A stretch of 57,597 nt of DNA from Trypethelium eluteriae (lineage: Eukaryota). The number at the start of each line of letters is the position of its first letter. Within the stretch, counting starts at the first letter, position 1. Under the pieces are notes generated by a model. The model was not told the origin of the DNA. It ran no database searches and was given only the letters and a program-made list of their open reading frames with translations. The stretch is taken from assembly GCA_051942245.1 (NCBI GenBank), contig JAVECL010000083.1:1-57597 (forward strand), given 5' to 3'. Below are positions 47,240 to 57,597 of this stretch, piece by piece. Made by a program: the position numbers and the translations under genes.

Positions 47240-50200
47240 ATGCCAGCAGATATTCGAAGCTTTTTTGGCGGAAAGCCTGCACAAGCAAACCCCGCAAAGA
47301 CGTCCAAGGAAGACACCAGCAGAAAACCCACGAGAGGAAAGAGGAAAATTGTTGATGAGAGCGATGACGATGACGCGGCTGAAGTGTACGTGTTGAAGAT
47401 TCAAGCATTAGACCTGTGGTTGACATAGCTATACTAGCTCCAAGCCTGCTACTCCTAAAAAAGTAACACCTAGGAAACACACGTACGTCTACACTTATAT
47501 ATGATCTTTTGAGACGCATGCTGAACACAGTATCATAGTAAAAAGGCAGCATCCCCTGCCGGAGAAGTTACAACATCTTCAGATTACTTCGCAACATCCA
47601 ACAAGAACAAACCGAAGCGGTCCGCCCCTGTAAGCTCCAAGCCTCCTGCCAAATCCCCAGCCCAGACTTCTTCAGTCAAGTCGAACGGCGCAAAAGCAAA
47701 AACCACCCCGAGGTCAGAAACAGCGGCAAATGGTCGAAGATCAGCACGCAGCAAGAAGAATCTGAGCTACAGCGACACGGTTGATGATGACCTCCTCGAC
47801 TTGATTGGGGATAATGACGATCCTGAAGCAGGAGATGATGTTTTCAATGCAGAGTTCAAGAAAGCTGGTAAGGGACTTGGAGATGATTACGAGGAGAGCG
47901 AAGAAAAAGAAACACCTACAAAGCCGAAGCGTCTCTCTGGGGGTAAAGGCAAACAGAAGACTTTGCCTAATGATGAGGACGACTCTTTACCCGGCGAGGA
48001 TCTCGATATGAAGGATGTCGACTCGGATGGGAACTTTTTAGTCCCAGACGACGACGAGGAAATCGCACTAGACAAGCCAGCGAAGGGCAAGAAGGCCAAG
48101 GAGACTGCAAGCAGGAAACGCAAATCTGACGTGCTCGATGACGATGAAGAGGATGAGCCTCTGAAGAAAATCAAAGGGAAGAAGTCTACTCCGAAGAAAT
48201 CTACTCCAAAGAAGTCACCAGCGAAGAAGTCCAAGCAAGCCGATATCCAAGAGAGCGGTGCTGTTCAAGCCATTTACGATAGCATTCCTCTTGTACGACC
48301 CCCTACTCCATCATCAGGCGCCGAGCCAAAGAAGTTTCAGTTTGGACAGCATGCGAATGCCGGCCCAGCACCTGCTCAGGGCGCAAAGGAGATACCCAGC
48401 GGCGCTCCAAATTGTCTTGCTGGTCTCACGTTCGTATTTACTGGCTTACTTGAAACCATCGACCGGAATGAAGCTCAGGCATTAGTAAAGCGCTACGGTG
48501 GAAAAGTCACTGGTGCTCCCAGCAAAAACACAAGTTTCGTAATTCTTGGAAATGACGCCGGTCCAAAGAAACTCGAGACAATCCGTAAGAATGATATCAA
48601 GACCATCAACGAGGACGGTTTGTTCGAGCTCATTAGTAAATTGCCTGCCAATGGAGGGGATAGTAAGGCCGCTGCCAAATACGAAGAGAAGGCGCAGAAA
48701 GAGGCCGAAAAAGTCAAGAAGATGGCGGAAGAGATCGAGAAGGAGGAGCGTCGAGCAGGCGGTGCTGGAGGAGCTGGGACCAGCTCAAAGCCTGCGGCTG
48801 CTAACCCAGCCAAAGGCAAGCAAAGCATTGCGGCAGCCAATGAGTCGCGTCTATGGACTGTCAAATATGCCCCTACCCAAATAACTCAGATATGTGGCAA
48901 CAAAACACAAGTAGACAAGTTACAGCGCTGGCTAAAAGCTTTTCCGAAGAACCAGCGTACTGGCTTCAAGCTGGCTGGAGCTGATGGCAGCGGGACATAT
49001 CGAGCTGTAATCATCCATGGCCCACCAGGGATCGGCAAAACCACTGCTGCGCATCTTGTAGCCAAACTCGAGGGATATGACGTTGTCGAGAGCAATGCAA
49101 GCGACACAAGGAGCAAGAAACTTGTCGAATCGGGTCTGAAAGGCGTCCTCGGCACAACCTCACTCCTAGGTTATTTTGCAGGCGACGGTCAAGCTGTCGA
49201 AGAGTCAAAAAAGAAGTTAGTGTTGATCATGGATGAAGTGGACGGCATGTCAGCGGGTGATAGAGGTGGAGTCGGTGCTCTTGCTGCTGTTTGCAAAAAA
49301 ACGCAGATACCTATGATTCTCATCTGCAACGACCGTCGACTACCAAAGATGAAGCCTTTCGATTTTGTCACATACAGCTTACCTTTCCACCGCCCAACAA
49401 CAGACCAGATCCGATCGCGTATCATGACTATCGCCTATCGTGAAGGCTTGAAGATGCCAGCTCCTGTTATTGACGCGCTCATCGAAGGCTCAGGCGCTGA
49501 TATTCGCCAAATTGTCAATATGGTATCTACTGCCAAGCTTGACCAGACAGCAATGGACTTTGACAAATCGAAGGAAATGTCAAAGGCCTGGGAGAAACAT
49601 GTCATTCTCAAGCCTTGGGATATCACTAGCAAAATCATTGGAGGTGGCATGTTTGCATCAAGTAGCAAGGCCACACTAAACGAAAAAATCGAACTGTATT
49701 TCAATGATCATGAGTTCAGCTATCTGATGCTGCAGGAGAACTACATGGGTACAACTCCGATATTGGCCAACAATTTCAAGGGCAAAGAGAGAACGCTGAA
49801 GCAGCTGGAATTGGTGGACAAAGCTGCGGAGAGCATCAGTGACGGAGATCTTGTTGATCGAATGATTCATGGGTCTCAGCAGCAATGGAGTCTGATGCCA
49901 ACGCACGCTGTCTTCAGCTTTGTCAGGCCTGCAAGTTTCATTTCTGGTAGTATGTCAGGGCACAGGACCGGTTTCACATCGTGGTTGGGTATGAATAGTA
50001 AACAAGGTGAGTCCACAGAAATTGCAATCTCGCAAGGATCGAGTATGCTAATCGGGTCTTTAGGCAAATTGGCTCGTTTTGTTAAAGAAATCCAAGGCCA
50101 CATGCGTCTTCGTAGCTCTGGCGATCGACACGAGACCCGGCAACAATATATTCCTATTTTTTGGGAGCAGCTTGTTAGGAGGCTTGAACGGGAAGGAAAG

Positions 50201-50743
50201 GAAGCTGTACCTGAAGTCATCGAATTCATGGACAGCTACTTCCTTACAAAAGAAGATTTCGATGCCATACTTGAGCTTGGTCTTGGGCCAATGGACCAAG
50301 AAAATGTCAAGTTGGAGTCACAAACCAAAGCAACATTCACCAGGCTGTAAGTCTCCGCCTGTGTAAATGTACTGAAGTAGCTGATTTTAACGCTTTCTTT
50401 TCCTTACAGGTATAACCAACAATCTCACCCCTTGCCGTTCATGAAGGCATCTAACGTCATCGCCCCCAAACAGCAGTCACGCGAGAAGCCAGACCTGGAG
50501 GAGGCGATCGAGGAGTCTGATGAAGGTGAGGTCGTTGAGGAGGTCAAGGAAGAAGATGATGAAGGCGACGTCACGAAAGACAAGTACGTGAAACAGCCAA
50601 AGAAGAAAGCAGCGCCGAAAAAAGCTGCGAGCAAGAAGAAGAGCGATATGGTGGACGACGACGAGGACGAAGAAGATGTTAAGCCCACAAAGAAAGGCAA
50701 AGGAAAGGCGACTACGGGAAGGGGTCGACCGAAGAAGAACTGA
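47240..50743 (+). CDS. RFC1: Replication factor C subunit 1
   Basis: MPADIRSFFGG N-terminus, BRCT (CLAGLTFVFTG...YGGKVTGAPSKNT), LWTVKYAP, Walker A GPPGIGKT, Walker B IMDEVDGMSAGDRGG, RFC1 C-terminal QQQWSLMPTHA and TKATFTRLYN. Confidence 0.98.
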
Positions 50744-53700
50744 GATGATCAACTTGTGGGACATTTTTGACGACCGATTTTGACGGCGTGACAGTGCGGA
50801 CCTGGACCTTTAGTGTACCATGACCCCCATTACGACAGTCTTCGCTTCTACCTTGCTGGCTAGATTGCTTCGATCATATGTACTGTGCCCGTCTTAGAGC
50901 ACTCAGTAGCTATAGAGCCAATTCAGGGAACAAGATTATCACATTATTGTTTTACACCTTTCGTTCCCCTCAGAAACTGATTGGTACGTCTCCGCATAAT
51001 ACCATCGTATTGTCTTTATTTTGAACAGCCTTACGGGCCTAATGTCACAAGATAATCTTTCAAAGGTCATTTCGCAAGTGGCCATTATCCAGAGAGTGGC
51101 AGGGACCCCCTTCTCCTAGCTGTAACTTGTGATCACCAAATCTGATCGCCGAAGATTCTTGTTGTCCGCAGTACTTGTTCATCTCAGCTCATGCAGAATA
51201 GAGTAACTATTGCAGCTATTTTTCAACAATACTATCGCTCTCGGCTATGCTCCCCCGTGAACGTCTTTCGTTTTTTCTTTCACCTAGCTTTTGCATTCAT
51301 ACAAAAGGCCCCATTCCTTCTTGCGGGGAAGCCGCAGTCCAAGCATACCTCATAATTAGTTTATATCTTTCTTTACTTCTTTAGGCTTTCGGGTTGGTTC
51401 GTTTGACTGATTCTAGCCTACGTTGAAAATTGTTTAGTAGCACAGCACTGTTGCTATTCGAGTATCCCATACCGAATGCCCGCCTCTCAAATTTTGCGAC
51501 CATCTAGCCCATTCAGCGAAAATAATTCACATGACAATGGCCAGCCGGAAGATAGCATCCTTGCTATACATCTAGGTCTTTACAAGTAACAACACAAGAG
51601 TCAAGGAAATGCTCCGAATATGAGGCAGACGTTATCAATATTTTGCTTGCTTTCTCTACTTGACTGTCTATGGTGGGAAGTCGTCCGCTCTTGCCGAAAA
51701 CTACGACACCTAGCAGCCAAGACCGACTATCACCTGGTTCTATTTACTCTGTAGCATCAGAATAGGCACAACCCATCTCTTTCAGAGGAAAATCTGGGCC
51801 CGAGAAGTAGCCTATCCTGGTCAAGTAAGACCAGTAGTGGTCCACTTTCAGATTTACTGAATTTCAATGCTCCCTGTTGAGACGTTCCCTGCTGCCTTAC
51901 ATGGTTGACGTCATGCATGCCTGTTGGAAATATGTCATCCGAACGCAGTTGATGAAGCAAGTATTCAGGAAGAGACTGGCATAAGGAAGAGACAATCAGC
52001 AAGCTTTGCAGCTTGTACAGGATGTGATTGGTACACTGTAAAGGATGTTCCGGGGTCTCAAGTCACGGAAAGTCGAATCTTGAAAATGGTGAAAAATCTG
52101 AAATGCGTGTATGTGAGCTTTGGGGGGCTATTTCATGGTAAGATGCTTCCGTTAGTACTACTTAACAGAAGATCAGATCTAGGAGTGGGTCATCCTGTAC
52201 CGCAAGGTTCCTTTATCAACTGAAAGCATGCTTGCAAGACGTAAGTCATTAGCTAGTAAGTTGGTCGGCCAAACTTCAATCCGTTTACCATAAACGAACA
52301 AGCCAGGATTGCTTTTAGTATTTCTCAAGACCTGCACAACGACAGAGCGCTGATGTGACCAGATTTCTATCCAGTGTAGGCCACGCTTACTTCTTTCTAG
52401 AATATTGGTGTTGGAAAATTACTGGAGAAAATGAAAGAGGGTCCCTAGAAGCTCGTATGGTGGAAGGCATGTTGCAAAGATCGTCCTCACTTACTGATAG
52501 GTTTCCAAAACCCCACTGACGCGTGTGATGGGGCGAAAAGCGTTATGGTAAATTCCGGTGTGTTGGCGCATCCCCCAAACCCGAAGTCGGATTACCTGAG
52601 AGACATGGCGAAATCAATTCGACATCTCAGGAGATTTGGCGATCATCGAATGTTGAAGGGGGTTCTGAGGCGATATCTATCGTAAGGTAGAGAGAGATTC
52701 ATCGCTGGAGATGTAATATGGGACAGGACTATGGGAGGACATGACAACTGCAGTTTTCTGCTACCGAGACTTTTCGGCAGGCGTTAGTTCTTATGCGCCT
52801 CCATCTTCACACTGCAGGACCTTGCATTGATATGAAGTGCTCTAGCAGGACGCAGAAGGAACGAGAAGTGGCATTGTTCTAAGTGCAGAATCTGTGGGCT
52901 GCAGGAAAAGAGACTGTGCAATGTTAGCCTTGGCTCGTTGAGGGGACGAATGCGAACGTCGAGCGAGGAAATAAAGATCAGACAAAAAGTTACTGGCAAG
53001 TAGCAGACTGCTGAGCAGTCCGAAATAAAAGTCTCAATCAAAGTCGACTCAGTTGGGAAAAGAAGACAATTTTTTTTGGTGTCATCAGTAGGTCAGGGGC
53101 GAGAGGGTCACAGAATTAGACTTACCAAGGGAGCAGCAGACTGCTAGGAAGAGAGAGTTCCGTCGGAAACCATCGAAGAGCCGGTGAAGCCGAGGAGTGT
53201 AATGAGGTCGATAAAATTGCAGTGAGAGAAGAAATGGAAATGGGTGGGAGAGACGCGAAGGTTTAGGTTGAGTGGCACGAGTGGCTGGAGGAGGCGACCA
53301 ACCGGAAAATCTCCGGGCCCGGTCTTGGGCTGTGGCCCGTGGCCCGCTCCCCTGGCCGGATCACGACAACTCCCGCTCAGAGCAACACCCAACCTCAGTC
53401 TTCACCTCACGCTTCAGAAGCCTGCACACCTGTGTAGCAGCGCCTTCCCACGCGGCCGAGCAATGCGCGCACACTTGACTTGAACCCAGTGTCCATCGGG
53501 GAACTTATCGCTCCGCTTGTTTTCTCCCATCCAGCTCCGACTGTTTTGGGACGTGGCTGCGATCGAGGTCCAATGACTAAGTGACGACTGCTTACGCCCT
53601 GCAATATCTGCGCATCGAATCCCAAAAATAGCATTTCTACCTACGAAAACGCTTGCTTCGACCTTTAGCGACCCAGGCATACCCTCGACGCGACCTGCAC

Positions 53701-54093
53701 ATTTCCGCGACCCTTTCGCGCACTTTCCACGTTTGTTATCCTCTGGATCACGCTGCTCTTCCGCCCAACAGCCCACCGAAGGTCGATTCACGTTGTGAGC
53801 ATTATTTTCGATATAAAAATATCTTCTTGAGAATTATTACCATCTATACGAATCTACGATTTACCAATATACGCAACCTTCGACACCCACCTCGTCATCA
53901 ACTCACGCTTGATGCTTGACGAATACCCTCTGCAAAACAGCTCGCTTGTACAGATCCTCGTTTTCCCTTTGCTCAAACGGTAGCAATATACAAGACAGTG
54001 ACTTGGCTGGGCCGAAAGGCAGCTCGAGAAGTCCCATTACGGGGAGGGGACGAGGGCGGACGGGGCGGAAAATAACGAACCCCATAGGGCAAC

Positions 54094-57000
54094 ATGACAA
54101 CGGCGTACCCGCCAGGTGCTCATCCTGGTGGAATGCAGCAATTTGGGGTCTCCCATGGCCATCCCATGGGTCCTGGCCATGGCCCAAATCCCGGACAGCC
54201 CATGGTTCAGCCGATGATGCATCCAGGAGCATCAGGTCCTGGGGTGGGGCCTCATGTTAGCCAGGCTGGGCCGATGATGGGGATGCAACCAGGGATGGGT
54301 GGACCGGGTATGGGTCAGGGGATGGGTGGAGGAGGACCAAACGCCCATCCTATGGGTCAAATCAATCATCAAGCGCAACTTATGGCCCAGCAACAGCAGC
54401 AGATGCAAGCTAGTAAGTTCAACATTTTCCTTCAATAACTCCCTGGCATTTTCAACGTATGTGTGCGCGGCGGACGATATGATCGTGCAACGAGCTCAAT
54501 GACCAGGATTTGGAATATATTAAGCACCAAATGAAGAATGGAAGGACAAACTGAAGTTTGAGACCGGCATACCAACGTATTCATCACTCCGGGCTATGGA
54601 GGTGCTAAGGTTGTGCTTTCTGCTGGTCGTGCCTTCCCTCAAAGTCTGCGCGTCTCTTACGACGCGAGGCATACGGGTGATGCAAAAAGAAAATTCGATA
54701 CTTTGAGCATCGAGCCCTGCCTAGAATCCACGTCCTTATTGGACAAACCGAGCAAAATGTCTCTGCAGGAAGAGCGATACTTTATCTAGACCTCGGAACA
54801 GTGCAAATGACTGCTTGAGCAATCGCGCGTCAACGGGAATGGCCTTTTGGTTTGGCCAAATATTTAGACTACTTGGACTGTTGTTCCAAGACGGCTGCAC
54901 CAGGTGACTTCCATGTGTGGGGTCCGGGCCCGGCGGAGGAATCCTGGGCTAGAAATCACAATAATCAGTTACGTGCCGCTATATTTTCTTGAAGCTCTGA
55001 ACTGGATCGAGGACATCCATCGGCACTCACATCTCAGGAAACAGCTCCACACTTTGCTTCCTATAGACAGGTGATTCAAGCGTCTAAGTTTCCTTTCGAA
55101 CCGGGGATGCGGATCGCCATACCTATCATTGCTACAACTCCTCCATCGCGAAACCTGGCCCTCACCGCTTTGGATTCGAGAATCTCCACCGCTCTTTCTT
55201 AAATCTTGTGCCGTTTCGAGTCATAGCTTCCATTTATAGGTATGCTAACAAACGATTTCATAGTGGCAAACAATCCCCAGCTCGCCGCGCACGTGCAACA
55301 ACAGCGATTGATGCAACAGCGAATGCTTGCGCAACAGCAGCAGCAGCAACAACAAGCCCATGCCATGGGTATGAACATGCCAAATGGCGGGCATTCTGGG
55401 CTTCAACAACAGCAGCTCGCGCAGTTGCAGGCGGCGAATCAGTTGCAGGCTAATCGCGCCGTCAGTCTTCCTGGGCACTTGGCAGCGCAGCAAGCGCACA
55501 TTCAACAGCAACAGGCTCAGCAGCAACAGCATGCTCAGGCCCAGCAGCAAGCTCAGGCTCAGCAAGCTCAGCAGCAGCAGCAACAAGCTCAGGCTCAGCA
55601 ACAACAACAAGCTCAGGCTCAGCAGCAAGCTCAGCAGCAGCAGCAGGCTCAGGCTCAGCAACAACAACATGCTCAGGCTCAGCAGCAGCAGCAGCAGCAG
55701 CAGCATCAGCTTGCACAACAGATCAGCATGCAACAAGCAAATTCACAGTCAAGTAACTCCGCTCAACAAGGTCCTCAAGCGCAACAGCAGGGCCCTCAAA
55801 ATCAACAGACTCCTATGAGACCGCCTTCTCAAATGGGTAACCAACATGAAGGTCAAGGCCCATCCAATCCACCACCACCGCAAGGGCCTCAACCGCCTCA
55901 TCCTCAATCAACCCCGCAGCCACAAGCACAGCAGCCACCGAGTACTCCTCAACAGCAGCCGCAGCAGCCGCCGCCGCCGCCGCCGTCACAACAGCAGCCA
56001 CAGCCACAATCCCAGTCACAACAAGGGCCAGCGCCCCAACCCGGTCAACAGCAGCAAACCATGTCTCAACCCACGCCGCAACAGCAGCAACAAGTGCTGG
56101 CTCAGCGACAGCAACTAGCAGCCAGACAACAGCAGGCGATGTTGGCACGACAACAACAACAACAACAAACACAAAAGTTGAATGGCCAATACATCTTGCA
56201 GCTGATGCTGTATAGCGATCATCTGAGTAGATTTCAAGTGAGCAATCATTCACATACAGGACCGCCAAGATGGCTGCTAATCATGCGATACAGGCAAGTA
56301 GGAATGGGGCCAACGACCTATCCCAATGGCAACATTTCGTTGCTAAGTTTTTTGCCGATGATGGGACGTTCAGAATCATGGCATGGTCTTCAACCGATGA
56401 GTCCACTAAACAATTCGACGTACCGGCTGCTTCCATCCCTAGATTCTACTATACTCATTTAAAAACCGGTGTGGAAAGTATACAGCTAGCTTTAGAAAAT
56501 GGTCAAGAAAAGGACCTCGGTAACGGTAAACATTGGGTGGCAATGGATCGGGCAAGGTTCACATATTGGTTCCAGAATGGGACACAGGTTTGTGGCGTGA
56601 AGCCCGGCAGCCAAGGATCAAGGGCTAACGAGCACATAGCTGATATATTCCGGCCGGCTGGTGGCTCTCTTCAATCAACAAGATAAATTAGAGCTGCTTG
56701 AATTTGAAGGCCAGAGGCATCAGGAACTCATCCAAAAGAACCACCTCAAAGCCCTTGCGTTCCAGCAATCTCCGAACCAGAACCGATCACCAAAACTGAG
56801 CAAGACGATGGGCAAGCAGCGTCATCAGCAGCAAGAAGGCGACATCGTGATCGCATATTCACAGATACCGTCAGCACCCGTAAGCGATTATGGCTTTACG
56901 GGCGGTGTCCAGTCGTTTCTTGAGGTGAGCTCAGCATATTGTCCAAATCCGATATTATCCAGGCTAACTGATCGTCAGATTGGTGAGACTCTGTTCCACA

Positions 57001-57597
57001 TGCGCGACTTGTTTGAATTCAACCATGAGAACCCAGACCTCAAGCCCTCCCAAGCTCTGCAGAAGCTCGTCTCGACCTACGCGCAAGAAGCCAACCAGCA
57101 AGCCGTCGGCGCCCTCCAACCTGGCCCGAACGCTCAGGCTCAAATGCCCGCCAGCAGCGGCATCGGTCCCAATGGCCAACTCAACCCCGCGCAGCAGCAC
57201 CCAGCCCTCCACGCTGCCCAAATGAACGGTCCTAACGGCCCCGGCGGCCTCCCCGCTGGCCTCCAACACCCCGGCGGCCCGCACTCAGGCCCGCACTCCA
57301 CCTTCGCCTCCCCAGCCGTCTCCCACATGAACCTCCCCAACAACACCAACTCGCCCCACATGAATCTCAACCCCAACATCCCCGCCGCGCTGCAGGCTTC
57401 CGGCCTGAACCCCAACCAGGCGGCTGCAGGACATACTCCGAGCCCGGCTATGGCTCATATGCAGGCGCCGGCCATGGCGATGCAGCATAGTGCGCAGGGC
57501 AGTGGGGCGGGCAGCGCGCAGGCGAGCCCTAGCGTGAGCAATAAGCGGAGACGAGCGTCGGCGGTGAAGTTGGAGGGGGATGATTCGGGAGGGCAGG
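54094..57597 (+). CDS. Q/P-rich LIM-domain-binding (LDB) family transcriptional co-regulator, PtaB/Mfg1/Adn1-like; 3' end runs off the window
   Basis: G/P/M-rich first exon and polyQ tract, then ILQLMLYSDHLSRF / DLSQWQHFVAKFF / KQFDVPAASIPRFYYTH..TGVESIQL / ARFTYWFQNGTQ / GFTGGVQSFLE-IGETL, which fits the LIM_bind domain. Basic SNKRRRAS near the window end. Confidence 0.85.
55297..56170 (+). repeat. CAG/CAA polyglutamine and (GCTCAG)n Ala-Gln coding repeats
   Basis: Imperfect CAG/CAA runs with recurring GCTCAGGCTCAG units, densest at 55503-55710. Confidence 0.9.

Noticed and set aside
50744..54093. Short ORFs or RNA genes in the RFC1-LDB intergenic region
   Set aside because: No recognisable protein motif, tRNA cloverleaf or rRNA similarity; probably UTR and promoter sequence.
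55245..56268. Minus-strand poly-Leu and poly-Ala ORFs
   Set aside because: Antisense readings of the CAG/CAA polyglutamine tract.

Overview
Intron-containing DNA from a filamentous ascomycete (Pezizomycotina). Housekeeping genes sit at both ends: lysyl-tRNA synthetase on the left; ATP synthase OSCP, mitochondrial ribosomal protein L16, RFC1 and a Q-rich LIM-domain-binding (PtaB/Mfg1-like) regulator on the right. Between them is a ~41 kb accessory-looking block. Its most striking part (3.1-24.6 kb) is a tandem array of a head-to-head two-gene cassette. Gene A (minus strand, ~475-496 aa) is an unknown coiled-coil protein with an acidic, Trp-containing C-terminal tail. Gene B (plus strand, ~290-330 aa) has a ~150-aa core whose motif order matches PemK/MazF-type endoribonuclease toxins and fungal DUF6590-like proteins. 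There are four A/B pairs, each with ~480-525 bp between start codons, plus one orphan B. The array is interrupted by a hybrid histidine kinase and a decayed pogo/Fot1-type transposon. Two members (B1, A2) carry a single in-frame TGA. I infer a candidate fungal toxin-antidote (meiotic drive, allorecognition or defence) array; this is a hypothesis from motifs and architecture, not a database result. The rest of the block holds a Myb-like gene, a frameshifted fructosamine kinase, an alpha/beta-hydrolase-NACHT-WD40 NLR-like gene, an MFS transporter, an MFS remnant and two cytochrome P450s. Exon boundaries were read by eye.
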